Shown one piece after another: positions 35,701-49,619 of a DNA stretch of 64,000 nt (its first letter is position 1; every line of letters starts with the position of its first letter). The stretch covers positions 65,482-129,481 of the forward strand of contig NIVC01002934.1 in assembly GCA_002269645.1 (NCBI GenBank). Reading direction: 5' to 3'. Below the pieces are notes generated by a model that saw only the letters and a program-made list of their open reading frames with translations, did not search any database and was not told the origin of the DNA. A program made the translations under genes and the position numbers. The DNA is from Macrostomum lignano. Its lineage: Eukaryota.

Positions 35701-38350
35701 AAGCAGGAGAGCGCCCGGATCCTGCAGGTAACGCTGGGTTGGGGATGGCGATGAAGTGCCAATTGGTCTCTAATCTAGCTTATAAACACTAATTCATCTA
35801 ACATAGCCATAAGCACCAGAATTTGGCCGATAAACTAGCCAATAAACTCACTGACAATGGCTAATAAACTAGCCAATAAACTCACTGACAATGGCTAATA
35901 AACTAGCCAATAAACTCACTGACAATGGCTAATAAACTAGCCAATAAACTCACTGATAATGGCTAATAAACTAGCCAATAAACTCAATGACAATGGCTAA
36001 TAAACTAGCCAATAAACTCACTGACAATGGCTAATAAACTAGCCAATAAACTCACTGATAATGGCTAATAAACTAGCCAATAAACTCACTGACAATGGCT
36101 AATAAACTAGCCAATAAACTCACTGACAATGGCTAATAAACTAGCCAATAAACTCACTGATAATGGCCAATAAACTAGCCAATAAACTCACTGACAATGG
36201 CTAATAAACTAGCCAATAAACTCACTGACAATGGCTAATAAACTAGCCAATAAACTCAATGACAATGGCTAATAAACTAGCCAATAAACTCACTGACAAT
36301 GGCTAATAAACTAGCCAATAAACTCACTGACAATGGCTAATAAACTAGCCAATAAACTCAATGACAATGGCTAATAAACTAGCCAATAAACTCACTGACA
36401 ATGGCTAATAAACTAGCCAATAAACTCACTGATAATGGCTAATAAACTAGCCAATAAACTCACTGACAATGGCTAATAAACTAGCCAATAAACTCACTGA
36501 CAATGGCTAATAAACTAGCCAATAAACTCAATGACAATGGCTAATAAACTAGCCAATAAACTCACTGACAATGGCTAATAAACTAGCCAATAAACTCACT
36601 GATAATGGCTAATAAACTAGCCAATAAACTCACTGACAATGGCTAATAAACTAGCCAATAAACTCACTGATAATGGCTAATAAACTAGCCAATAAACTCA
36701 CTGACAATGGCTAATAAACTAGCCAATAAACTCACTGACAATGGCTAATAAACTAGCCAATAAACTCACTGATAATGGCTAATAAACTAGCCAATAAACT
36801 CACTGACAATGGCTAATAAACTAGCCAATAAACTCACTGACAATGGCTAATAAACTAGCCAATAAACTCACTGACAATGGCTAATAAACTAGCCAATAAA
36901 CTCACTGATAATGGCTAATAAACTAGCCAATAAACTCACTGACAATGGCTAATAAACTAGCCAATAAACTCACTGACAATGGCTAATAAACTAGCCAATA
37001 AACTCACTGATAATGGCTAATAAACTAGCCAATAAACTCACTGACAATGGCTAATAAACTAGCCAATAAACTCACTGACAATGGCTAATAAACTAGCCAA
37101 TAAACTCACTGACAATGGCTAATAAACTAGCCAATAAACTCACTGACAATGGCTAATAAACTAGCCAATAAACTCACTGATAATGGCTAATAAACTAGCC
37201 AATAAACTCACTGACAATGGCTAATAAACTAGCCAATAAACTCACTGACAATGGCTAATAAACTAGCCAATAAACTCACTGACAACAGTCCAACAAGCCA
37301 ACCCAACTCCGCCCGTCTCCGCAGGCCCAGAAGGTGGCTCTCGAGCGGGCCAAGGCGCATCGCGAGCTGCGGGCCAAGCAGATCCGCATGCTGAAGGACT
37401 GCAAGGAGAGCCTGGCGAAGCTGGGCAACCTGTTCGCCAAGGCCAAGGACTCCGAGTCCAGGCATTCCATAGCGGAGACCATGAAGCCAATCAATGCCCA
37501 GATTCGCGATCTTGAAGCCAGCTTAGGCGTAGTGGCCACCGGCAATGCCAGCCTGCGCGACTTGCAAAAGGAGCTGCTCGACTTGGAGCTGGAAATCTTC
37601 CAGAAGGAGGGCCTGGAAACCGTGACCGAACAGAAGAAACGGCTAGCCGAGGTGCGCAAACTGCTGTCTGCCCGTCTGCCGCAGAAACCAATGCTACCTG
37701 TGGCTTCGGCATCGTCGGCCTCTTCAACAGCCGGCCCGTCTGGCGGTACTGGCGGCGGCTCAACGGCTGGAGGCGGCGGTGGCGGCGGCGGCTTGCCGAA
37801 CTTCGCGCAGACCCGGCTGGACAAGCGGTCGAAGAGTTTGCGAATTCAGGGCCAACCGGCTGATAAGGTTTGCTATTTTTTTCTTCAGTATGCGCTGTAT
37901 ATACTACTAGTTAGTGTGTTGGTGAGTAGAGAATCCGGAAATGTGAAGCTAAATTTATGAATATAAAATTAGAGGTTAAAATTTCAAGCCTTTAGTGAAA
38001 TTTCTAGTTTATAATGAAGTTTTGAGCTTACTGTGAAATTTTGAGCCCATCGTGAAAGTTCGCGCTTATCGAACTCCGGAAACCCCCCCCCCCTCCAGGC
38101 GGAAGATCTGCTCCGCACCCTGGCCTCGCAGTCTGGCGCCAAAGCTCAGCTTCATCATCAGCTACCCGGCGCCGGCGGTGGCAGCGAACTGCTGGTAGAC
38201 TTCGCCACCAGAGCCGAAGCTGAGGCGGCCCTGGCCAAGCTGAAATCCTTGGCTGAGGAGCGCGGCGACGGCCTGAAAGCAGAGTGGAGCCAGAAGACCG
38301 CAGCAGCTGCGGCTGCAGAAGCTGCCCCGTCTGCTGCTGCCGCTGAATAA
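29723..38350 (+). CDS. rbm26: RBM26/RBM27-like RNA-binding protein (PWI, CCCH zinc finger, RRM, coiled coil, RRM), 7 exons
   Basis: Exons 29723-29781, 29868-29986, 30073-30965, 34225-34814, 35505-35727, 37325-37867, 38099-38350, with consistent phases. PWI: KAWL..SIQPICDADPYPLSKYVLALLKKDK. ZnF: RCRDFDEKGVCMLGAACPYDHG. RRM: LELRKVP..LN...LLEHFCKFGTV...SPEAVLNNRFIRL. Confidence 0.92.
31020..34135. repeat. 3.1-kb G-rich minisatellite: constant core gtggcagctcccacctgaaggatctg plus variable purine spacer
   Basis: About 80 units of ~35-40 bp filling RBM26 intron 3. Confidence 0.95.
34900..35400. repeat. Degenerate ~24-bp repeat (ggagcctcaatgatcttggcgtat) in RBM26 intron 4
   Basis: Recurring GGAGCCTCAATG motif. 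Confidence 0.8.
35830..37285. repeat. 33-bp minisatellite (aactagccaataaactcactgacaatggctaat) in RBM26 intron 5
   Basis: About 44 near-perfect copies ending about 40 nt before the acceptor. Confidence 0.95.
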
Positions 38351-39364
38351 CTGCCTCTTTAACTGCAGTTTGACTGACAAGACTGTAGCTGAAACCAACC
38401 CTTTGTTTGTTTGCCTTTGTTAACTTTTCTCTTATCAGTTTCATGCTTTTTTGTTCCTAATTTTCAATTTACAATACCGTTGTGTCCATCTATCCAGCCT
38501 CCCTTCCCCATCGCACATCCCGGTTCATTGCTTGGAATAATAATCGGTATTTGGTCATCTCTGTTTGTGTTTTTAAAATTATATTTAGTAAAATTCATGC
38601 TAGTATCGCTACAGACTACTCACTAAGCTACCGATATTTAGTAGTAGAAGAATGAAGGATATGAAACAACCGACTGAACTGTCTATTATAAGCTTCTACT
38701 TAAACTGTTTAGTTATTAATGCACTAATTTCAATATGTTTGATTTATTACGTTATGTATTACTGTCTCTGTCTGTCTACCTGTTCGCTCGGTTAATAATA
38801 ATGAATTAATAATCCGACTTTAGAAAACAACTCTCACAGTTCATGTTGGGCCTTAACAGTTTCTAACAAAATTCTCTGCTATAAAACACTCTTGTGTTGT
38901 TTTTTCGGGTGTCACCTCGGCGCTGTCAGGTGACGTACATATCTGAATATAGATTAACTAGATTCTATCCGATACCACCTCTGCCTTTGCAACAGGGGGC
39001 GTGTAAGGTCAGCGTTTGCGCGAATTGCACTTTTAAGTCTGCCTCTGCAGGCCCTGGCGTGTTAGTGTATTGTACGCTGGTAGAGATATGATAAGCACCT
39101 GCCCGCTTGCATGGTACCACTCACTGGCTACGTAAATCTTCGCTATCTTCGCAGGCACCGGCTGGTGATTCAGGATGGTCCGACTGATTGATTGCTTGGC
39201 GCCATTTTCTTCTGTATAATGTTTTTCATTCAGTTGCTTTTATCAGGAGTGACTGCGGGTAACTGTGCGGTCTGGTGTGTGGTACTGCACAAATCTGCAT
39301 GTAGAATATTCTGCTATTAACAAGCTTGATATTCAAAACTCCAGATGGCTTCACCTGTATTGTA

Positions 39365-39745
39365 ACCCTCTGAGAGTGGTCTGCACTCTACTTGCACATA
39401 TACAACTCTCTAGTGTTCTGCACTTTACTCACACGTACATGTACAACTCTCTGAGAGTGGTCTGCACTCTACTCATAAATGTACATGTACAACCCTCTGA
39501 GAGTGGTCTGCACTCTACTCATAAATGTACATGTACAACCCTCTGAGAGTGGTCTGCACTCTACTCATAAATGTACATGTAAAACCCTCTGAGAGTGGTC
39601 TGCACTCTACTCATAAATGTACATGTAAAACCCTCTGAGAGTGGTCTGCACTCTACTCATAAATGTACATGTAAAACCCTCTGAGAGTGGTCTGCACTCT
39701 ACTCATAAATGTACATGTACAATCCCCTGAGAGTGGTCTGCACTC
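39365..39745. repeat. 46-bp tandem repeat
   Basis: ctctgagagtggtctgcactctactcataaatgtacatgtacaacc, about 8 copies. Confidence 0.9.
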
Positions 39746-40414
39746 CACAATATCAAGGCCATTACCAGCACTGCATTACAAATAATAAATATAAGCTGGG
39801 TCAGCAAAATGCAAATTTTTGGAGTATAAATAATATTACCTCTATACTCCGGTGCTCACAGCAACATTTAATAATAAATGTAACAGAAATGTATATTAAA
39901 ATTTTACACTAAATGACAAATAGCAATCTCAAACACAAAAGTTGAGTCAGAGTAGGCAAAGCTATAGAAACAGCGCCTGTGTGTGTATATAGCATTAATA
40001 TAGTATAATATTGAAAAGTACAAAATGTACTTTAACACAATAGTAAAAGTGCATATTGCGCAGATGCGGCCAGGCGTAACTCGATGTCTTGAGGCAATTA
40101 TATTAAACATAATTAAACCTCAGCAAACACAGAAACAGCCAATTAATATTAATCATATCGATACTGGTCATACACATTAAAAAATCTTTCTAACAAATAA
40201 AATGTCAGACCTCGTAACTATTGAGTAAGTCCTGCTCATAGTTAAACGGACCCGCGTATAGCATTAACTATTTCAGGGTTAAATAAAATTACAAAAAATG
40301 CAAATCCTACAGCAGATTTACTAAGCCGAATTTTCTCCGGTGAAAATCTATTGAAATTGAGGCTTCCTAACATTTGATTTGTGCTTCATTCTTTTCCCCC
40401 TTCAGGACTCGGGG

Positions 40415-40770
40415 TCCACTTTGCTGACCTTCAGATCTACTTTGCTGACCTTCAGATCTACTTTTCTGACCTTCAGATCTACTTTGCTGACCTTCAGGTC
40501 TACTTTGCTGACCTTCAGATCTACTTTGCTGACCTTCAGATCTACTTTGCTGACCTTCAGATCTACTTTGCTGACCTTCAGGTCTACTTTGCTGACCTTC
40601 AGATCTACTTTGCTGACCTTCAGATCTACTTTGCTGACCTTCAGGTCTACTTTGCTGACCTTCAGATCTACTTTGCTGACCTTCAGATCTACTTTGCTGA
40701 CCTTCAGGTCTACTTTGCAGACCTTCAGGTCCACTTTGCTGACTTTCAGGTCCACTTTGATGCCCTTCAG
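40415..40770. repeat. 21-bp tandem repeat (ctttgctgaccttcagatcta)
   Basis: About 17 copies. Confidence 0.95.
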
Positions 40771-41319
40771 GCCTACCTCAGGTGAAAATGTAGCCGAACC
40801 TTGCAGCCAACACGAACAGGAGTTAAAATTAGAACGGCACACGCCAGCAACAAAAGAATGCTAAAGCTACACAGGTATGCACGCAAATATACAGCAATAG
40901 AAAAAACGGCGGCAAAACAAAACAAAAGTGTTTAGACGGAGTTAACGGCCGAATAAAGAGTTGATCACGCTGGAGCATGCGAGACACTGCAGTATCAGGT
41001 GCATGATAGAAATATATAGTAAAAAATCCTAACAGTTTTCCTAGCAGTTCATCATTGACTATAGTTTGACCCCGAAAAAATACTTTTTTAGTTGGTTTAA
41101 ATAAAATTCATGCGAACACTTGAGCAACTCGATTTGATCCATCAGAGCATTGCGAGCCACATTTATCGGTGAGAGAGAACTGAACTGACTGGTCGAAGGT
41201 AAATTTAAACGAAAAAGGTAAACGAAAATAATCTATTGATACAGCGGTGCGTTGCTTATGAAACTTTGCCTGATCAGATCAGTCCGTAACGAATATCGTC
41301 AGTCAGTCATTCAGAAAAT

Positions 41320-41418
41320 CACTCAATCAAACAATTAATCAATCAATCAGGTAACCATCATTGAGAGATCAATCCATCAATCAATCAGTCAATCAATCAT
41401 TCGATCAATCGATCATTT

Positions 41419-41451
<33 letters not shown>

Positions 41452-41490
41452 CTCAACCCAGTCAATCAATCAATCAATCACTCAACCCAG

Positions 41491-41521
<31 letters not shown>

Positions 41522-41589
41522 CTCAACCCAGTCAATCAATCAATCAATCACTCAACCCAGTCAATCAATCAATCAATCACTCAACCCAG

Positions 41590-41624
<35 letters not shown>

Positions 41625-41890
41625 CTCAACCCAGTCAATCAATCAATCAATCAATCAACCAACCAATCAATCAATCAATCAATCACTCAACCCAGTCAAT
41701 CAATCAATCAATCACTCAACCCAGTCAATCAATCAATCAATCAATGAATCAATCAATCACTCAACCCAGTCAATCAATCAATCAATCAATCAACCAACCA
41801 ATCAATCAATCACTCAACCCAATCGATCAATCAATCAATCACTCAACCCAGCCTATAAATCAATCAATCAATCAATCACTCAACCCAGCC
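41320..41890. repeat. (CAAT)n compound microsatellite
   Basis: TCAA tetramers interspersed with cactcaacccag; abuts the NHL gene stop codon. Confidence 0.9.
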
Positions 41891-41900
41891 TATCAACCAG

Positions 41901-44900
41901 TCACACGTATCGAAACTTCTTCACCGCGTGTCCCTGAGCGTCCACAACAGCCAGCCAGCCCTGGCCAAGGCTGGCCACCCCGCCGGGCCGGCGCAGCTTC
42001 TCGGCCTCGTCGGGCACCACCCGGCAGAGGAACTCGCCCAGCGGCCGGGAGTGCACCTCGACGTCGCCGGTTGCCCGGCTGGCCAGCAGGCGGCCGTCCG
42101 AGTCCAGCGCAAGGCCCGTCACTGCCGAGCTGCCGCAGGCTGAGCCGGTCTGAGAAGGTGGACGGGAAAGACAGGATAGAGTGGATAGAATCGGTAGACA
42201 GGGTAGATAGAGTAGAGGGTAGACACGGACGGTAGACAAGTTCGCCTGGATAGACAGGGTAGGGGGTAGAGAGAAGAAAATATAGAGTAGAGGGGTAGAC
42301 AGGGCAGACTGTATAGACTGGGTGGACAAGGTAGATAGGGTAGACATGGTACAGGGTAGAGGAGAAGGTAGACTAGGTAGTCCAGGCAGAGGGTTGACAC
42401 TAGAAGTAGAGGCAGAGGTAGAGAGTAGATAGCTTAGAGAGTAGAGAGGGTAGAGAGCAGATAGGGTAGAGAGTAGATAGGGTAGAGAGTAGATAGGGTA
42501 GAGAGTAGATAGGGTAGAGAGTAGATAGGGTAGAGAGTAGATAAGGTAGAGAGTAGATAAGGTAGAGAGTAGATAGGGTAGAGAGCAGATATGGTAGAGA
42601 GTAGATAAGGTAGAGAGTAGATAGGGTAGAGAGTAGATAGGGTAGAGAGTAGATAAGGTAGAGAGTAGATAAGGTAGAGAGTAGATAGGGTAGAGAGCAG
42701 ATAGGGTAGAGAGTAGATAAGGTAGAGAGTAGATAAGGTAGAGAGTAGATAGGGTAGAGAGTAGATAAGGTAGAGAGTAGATAGGGTAGAGAGTAGATAG
42801 GATAGACTGGGTAGTCTAGAAAGAGGGTAGACACGATAGACATGATAATAGACACGGTAGGCAGGGCAGACTGGTTAGTCTAGATAGAAAGTAGACAGCA
42901 GAGGAAATTCGGTCGGTTACACAGTGAGACAGACGGGAAGCAGAGAAGCCAAGAGCCGGCACCCACCAAGCTGTGCCGAATGCCAATGGCTGACTCGGCC
43001 TCGCTACCCTGGCCGGCTCCAATCTCGTACACCAGCAGTTTGGCGCCAACAGCGCAGCACAGCAGCATCTGCGGCTCCCGCTGTACAGCAGACGCGGCCG
43101 AGTCGTGACAGCCAACCGCCAGAGCCGTCAGCCCCGACAGACCGTCGATTCGCGCAAGCACGGCTCCGTCAGCCTCCGTCAGGGTGGGGTCGCACACGAA
43201 CACGGCGCCGGCGCCGGCGTCGCCAACAATCACGTGACCCCTGGGCCCGACCGCCACCAGGCCGGGCTCGCGGAACGCGGCCGACTGCAGGCTGGAGGAG
43301 ATTCGGTCTTCGACTGGCTCCACTTCGAAGACGCGTCGCTGGCGCCAGTTGGCCACCCACAGGCGGCCGCCAGCGTCCACGGCCAGGCCGGTGGCCGACT
43401 GTCCGGTGCAGGCTGACCGGCCGAGGTCGCCAAGCCAGCGGAGAGTCGAGTCCAGGACCACTATGCGACTGTTGCCGGTGTCAGAGATGTACACCTGGGA
43501 TGGGTGAAAAAATTGGGGGCACTGAAATATCTGTGGGGAGGGCACTGAAGTATCTGGGGGGGCACTGAAGTATCTGGGGGGCACTGAAGTATCTGGGGGG
43601 GCACTGAAGTATCTGGGGGGCACTGAAGTATCTGGGGGGGCACTGAAGTATCTGGGGGGGGCACTGAAGTATCTGGGGGAGGGCACTGAAGTATCTGTGG
43701 GGGGCACTGAAGTATCTGGGGGAGGGCACTGAAGTATCTGTGGGGGGCACTGAAGTATCTGGGGGGGGCACTGAAGTATCTGTGGGGGGCACTGAAGTAT
43801 CTGTGGGGGCACTGAAGTATCTGGAGGGGGGCAGTGAAGTGTCTGGGAGGCACTGAACTATCCGGGGGGAGGACACTGAAGTATCTGAGGGGGGGGGGGC
43901 AGCCCCACTCACCTCCCCATTGCGGCCCACGGCCACAGCGTAGGGCGCCTGCAGCTGTCCAGGCTGCGATCCCCGGCCAGCGCCGCCGGCCTTGGCAGCC
44001 GGGCGCTGCCTGCCGGCCACGTCAAGCGCCAGCGGACAATCCCGGACAGGCCGGCCGAACACTCGGACATCCAGCCGGTGGCGGCCGGCGCTCAGCGGCA
44101 GGAAGTTTAACTCGTAGCTGCCGTCGCCCTTGTCAACGACGCCGATCTCCAGTTGCTCGCCGCCAGGCGTCTCCAGCCGGGCGCTGACCGGGTCGTCACC
44201 GTCCCGGCGCCGCCTGCCGTGATAGTCGACGGTGTGCAGCAGGGCGGAGCAGCGCAAGCCGGCCGTGGCGGCGTCAGCTCCGGACAGCAGCTGCACGGAG
44301 CACAGGCCGGGGTGGGTGGTGGACACCCGCACTTTGCCGCAGCGCTGCAGGGCGGCCTCCACCGAGCGAAGGCATTCGTCGTCCACGACGTTGGCATTGG
44401 CGACGCCGGAGGCCGAGGAGTCCCTGCTGAACTCCATGTAGGCGTTTTCGCGCGGCTCGGACAGCCCAGCGAAGGTGTCCAGCTTGGCGTTGAGGTCTGA
44501 GATCTTCTTCGTGATGGCCATCACGTCCATCTGGTGGCGGGTTGGGGGATACAGAATTAGAAGGGTAATATAGAGGTAGATAGGGAGATGGACAGGTAGA
44601 TACAGTGAGATAGACAGGAAGATAGACAGGGAGGTAGACAGGTAGATAGACGGAGATTGACAGGTAGATATAGTGAGATAGACAGGGAGACAGACAGGTA
44701 GATAGACAGGGAGACAGACAGGTAGATAGACAGGGAGACAGACAGGTAGATAGACAGGTAGATAGACAGGGAGATAAACAGGTAGATATAGTGAGATAGA
44801 CAGCGAGACAGACAGGTAGATAGACAGGTAGATAGACAGGGAGACAGACGGGTAGATAGACAGGGAGATAGACTGGTAGATATAGTGAGATAGACAAGGG

Positions 44901-45566
44901 AGACAGACAGGTAGATAGACAGGGAGACAGACAGGTAGATAGACAGGGAGATAGACTGGTAGATATAGTGAGATAGACAAGGGAGACAGACAGGTAGATA
45001 GACAGGTAGATAGACAGGGAGATAGACTGGTAGATATAGTGAGATAGACATTGAGCTGAAATCTGGGGAGATTAATAAATATACTCCAATGTATCAAAAT
45101 ATTTTAAAAAATCGCATTATTTAAGCTCGACAAGCCCTTCTTACGAGTTATTTTTCTAAGGTCTATCAAAAGAGCAGCATTCACATTGTCACAGCCAGTT
45201 TTTAAATAAATGAGAAGATGGAAAATATATTTCACCGAGCTACCTGGCAGTGTGACGAGCACAGATGCATAGCAGGTATTTTCTTACACAAAAGCGGCCG
45301 GTTAAGAACTCAGCTCAAAAGCATCTTTTTACTCGGGGCTAACAATTAACGAATGGCCTCGTGTTCCTGTGTGTTGTATATCTGGAGCCCCTCAATACGT
45401 ATTGTTAATTACCCTTAAATTCTGAAAGGATTGTCTGCTCATCTTTCTGTCTCTCAGTCGCACAGAGAGCCAAGCGCATTTTGACTGCCAAAATAAGTTA
45501 TCTGCCTTAGCCATTTATTCTGAATGAAGAAAATATGTTGCCAAAATAGAATTAAAAGGCGAGAGA

Positions 45567-45630
<64 letters not shown>

Positions 45631-45723
45631 AAGAGAGAGAGAGAGAGAGAGAGGGGAAAGCGTTCAGTGGCTACGAGTATCTATCTATCTATCTACCTAT
45701 CTATCTATCTTTCTTTTTATCTT

Positions 45724-45757
<34 letters not shown>

Positions 45758-45776
45758 CATCTACCTACCTATCTAC

Positions 45777-45833
<57 letters not shown>

Positions 45834-45852
45834 CATCTACCTACCTATCTAC

Positions 45853-45887
<35 letters not shown>

Positions 45888-46028
45888 CCTATCTATCTAT
45901 CTATCTATCTACCTATCTATCTATCTTTCTTTCTATCTTTCTATCTATCTATCTATCTATCTATCTATCCATCTACCTACCTATCTACCTATCTATCTAT
46001 CTACCTATCTATCTATCTACCTACCTAC

Positions 46029-46071
<43 letters not shown>

Positions 46072-46100
46072 CCTATCTATCCATCTACCTACCTATCTAC

Positions 46101-46131
<31 letters not shown>

Positions 46132-46156
46132 CCTATCTATCTATCTATCTACCTAC

Positions 46157-46187
<31 letters not shown>

Positions 46188-48310
46188 CCTATCCATCTAC
46201 CGGTATCTATCTATCAATCTATCTGCTAATATAAGTTTGTCAAAGAAGAAAAGACAGTCAGATGCTAACAAATTGCTGAACACAGCCGAGTGCAGAGTAT
46301 CTATACCCCCCAAATTACCCCCCCCCCAGGCGAGTTGATCCAGGCGTGTAATGCGAGATCCGTGACTGACTGACTAATAATTACACACAGTGAATTACTT
46401 GTTATACGAAGTATTGAACCCTGCTGCAGTATACTGTATCATTACGTAATGCACATAATTGCATAAATTTCCCAGTTGGGATTTTCTTGCTTAACAACAC
46501 GGTTAGAAAGATTCCTCAGAAAAATTATTCTGTGGACTAGCGGATTCGTAGACAGGCGGTCATGCTAAGAAAAATTTGCTAGAAAAGTGTAGCAATTATT
46601 TGTTTCGGTGGGCCAAACAGAATTAATCTAATAGGATAATCCAGTAGAGACTACTACAATGGGATAATCCAGTACAGATAACTACAATGGGATAATCCAG
46701 TAGAGATTGCTACAATGGGATAATCCGGTAGATATTACTACAATAAATGGGATAATCCGGTAGATATTACAACAATAAATGGGATAATCCGGTAGATATT
46801 ATTATTACAACAATTAATGGGATAATCCGGTAGATATTACTACAATATATGGGATAATCCGGTAGATATTACTACAATAAGTGGGATTTTTCGGTAGATA
46901 TTACTACAATAAGTGGGATTTTTCGGTAGATATTACTACAATATATGGGATAATCCAGTAGATATTACTACAATAAGTGGGATTATCCGGTAGATATTAC
47001 TACAATGTATGGGATAATCCGGTAGAGATTACTACAATGGGATAATCCGGTAGAGATTACTACAATGGGATAATCCGGTAGAGATAACTTCTCCAACAGC
47101 CCTGGCACAGTCAATAATCACCTGGTACTGCAGTCCCTCGCACTCGGACTCAACTCTGGCCTTCTCCTGCCCGATCAGCTCCAGCTGCTCCTTCAACGCC
47201 CGCCGCTTTTCCTCCTTGACTCGCTTGACGGTTTCGCGCACCGTTGAATGTCGCCGATCAACCAGATCCCGGAGCTGCTGAAATGCCTGATCAACCGACT
47301 GCATGCAGGCCTCAGCGTTGGCGTCCAGAGTTTCAACTTCTCGACAGACGGCTTCGTAGGCTGAGCCGAGTTGGCTGGCGGCCAGGGTGGCCTTGTACAG
47401 CAGGATCTCCGTCATGCGCTTGACGGCTACACTGAATGACAGCACAGTGTGGTCGGCTTTGGCCTGGTGGCTAAGGCAGGCCGGGCAGAACACGGTGTCG
47501 CAGGTCTCGCAGAACAGCAATTCTCGGCCAGAATGGATTGAGCATTTCGGCACCAGATCGCGACGCTGCGATGCCATCAGGTCCAGCAGCTGGTTCACCA
47601 CGAAGGAGGGCGGGAAGGCCGCGGCGCCACCGCCGTGGGGCACAGCGATGCCCTCGCGACAGATCGGGCAGCGAAATGACTCGGCTTGGCGACCGGGACC
47701 CGGGCCCTGCAGAGTGACAATTTCAGACACTACAGAGTGACAATATCAGACACTGCAGAGTGACAATATCAGATACTACAGAGTGACAATATCAGACACT
47801 GCAGAGTGACAATATCAGATACTACAGAGTGACAATATCAGACACTGCAGAGTGACAATATCAGACACTACAGAGTGACAATATCAGACACTACAGAGTG
47901 ACAATATCAGATACTACAGAGTGACAATATCAGATACTACAGAGTGACAAGATCAGATACTACAGAGTGACAAGATCAGATGCTACAGAGTGACAATGTC
48001 ACACACACTACAGAGTGACAAGATCAGACACTACAGAGTGACAATGTCAGATACTGCAAAGTGACAAGATCAGACACTACAGAGTGACAATGTCAGATAC
48101 TGCAGAGTGACAACTTGAACAATCGCACCAAGACCTCACCTGCATAATCCTCTGCAGACAGGAGCGGCACAGGGTGTGCGAACACGGCAACAGCTTGGGC
48201 TGGTGCTCGCCAGCATCGAACAAATTCAAACAGGTGCCGCAGGTAAGAAACGATTCGGAGAAATCTTCAAAATTAATTTGAATTGTCTCCACAAGCCGGC
48301 TGCTCGTCAT
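41901..48310 (-). CDS. TRIM-NHL protein (RING, B-box, coiled coil, filamin, NHL repeats); TRIM2/3- or nematode NHL-3-like
   Basis: Exons 48310-48140, 47706-47122, 44530-43913, 43494-~42967, 42149-41901. RING: [24 protein letters not shown]-box: [20 protein letters not shown]. Filamin: [40 protein letters not shown]: [25 protein letters not shown]. The exon 4 donor is uncertain. Confidence 0.88.
42150..42900. repeat. GA-rich repeat (agagtagatagggtag) in the last NHL intron
   Basis: Low-complexity tandem array. Confidence 0.9.
43515..43890. repeat. ~20-22-bp G-rich repeat (gggggcactgaagtatct)
   Basis: Fills NHL intron 43495-43912. Confidence 0.95.
44570..47095. repeat. Compound simple repeats in NHL intron 2: GATA/GACA (44570-45050), (GA)n (45560-45650), (ATCT)n (45680-46210), ~26-28-bp array (46630-47095)
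   Basis: Directly visible. Confidence 0.9.
47707..48115. repeat. 23-bp minisatellite (cagagtgacaatatcagacacta) in NHL intron 1
   Basis: About 17 copies; the last unit supplies the 3' splice site. Confidence 0.95.
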
Positions 48311-48719
48311 CTTTGGGATTCAAGTTGACAGTTGCGAGATGAGAAATCAAAAATACTCTAAGATACTTTCAACGGCAAAATGAACGCAAATTAAATGTCG
48401 GGTAAAGATTTAAATAGAGATTGCACTTCTCAGAGGGGCGCCACCTATGATAAGGCCATACGGTCTCAGCCAATAGAGAATGACTGTACCTAAGAAGACG
48501 AGAATGAAAACAGGACTCAAGTGTTTTTTATAATCTACTCAACCAAAACGCACACAACGCTCCGTCTACTTCTAGTAGTGCAACAATTTTGTAGCTTGAG
48601 ACTGCTTTTTTCACTTCTTCTCGATACGAGTCGTACTCTGAATGAAAATTGAATTATAAAAGCATGTTTTTTTCTATGTACAGCTTGTGACCTGTTGTTG
48701 AAATCAAAAGTTTTGTTTT

Positions 48720-49200
48720 AGGGCGCAAAATTTAGCGCCTAAGGCGCCAAAATGAGTGCCTGGTTGTGGCGCCAAAATGTGTGTCCCAAAGGCGCCAAAA
48801 TGAGTGCCTGGTTGTGGCGCCAAAATGTGTGTCCCAAAGGCGCCAAAATGAGTGCCTGGCTGTGGCGCCAAAATGAGTGCCTGGCTGAGGCGCCAAAATG
48901 AGTGCCTGGCTGTGGCGCCAAAATGAGTGCCTGGTTGTGGCGCCAAAATGAGTGCCTGGTTGTGGCGCCAAAATGAGTGCCTAATTGTGGCGCCAAAATG
49001 AGTGCCTGGTTGTGGCGCCAAAATGAGTGCCTGGTTGTGGCGCCAAAATGAGTGCCTAAGGCGCCAGAATGAGTGCCTGGTTGTGGCGCCAAACTGAGTG
49101 CCAAAATGAGTGTCTGGCTGTGGCGCCAAAATGAGTGCCTAAGGCGCCAAAATGAGTGCACAAGGCGCCAAAATGAGTGCACAAGGCGCCAAAATGAGTC
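48720..49200. repeat. ~20-23-bp tandem repeat (ggcgccaaaatgagtgcctggttgt)
   Basis: Same family as 27330-27700. Confidence 0.9.
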
Positions 49201-49619
49201 CAAACAACACCGAAATTCTTAAAATAACGTACTGTATATGTAAGAATTTTAGTAGCATTGAATAATGATTTTAAAACGTTGAATAATGAGCGTACAGCAT
49301 GGGACAATACGCATAAGCCCAAGTGGGCTGCAAAAAAGCTATACTATCTTTTAACTATACCTAACATAGGTAATTTATTGTTACAAAAAAAACTGAAAAC
49401 TCCCAATCTTGCCAATGCATTTTGTTCAGCAGCGATACCCGGCCCATATGCACTTTAACTCTTCCCCCTTATGGGTGGCTTATAGAAAGAGGAACAAGGC
49501 GAACCAAGCATTGAACAAAAGAGCATCTGGAGTGCGAATTTGGCCCCTTTAATAGATGATTTGGCACAGAAAAGCTAGCACTCCAGATTATGGTTGAAGA
49601 TCTCCTTGGACAGGGTATG

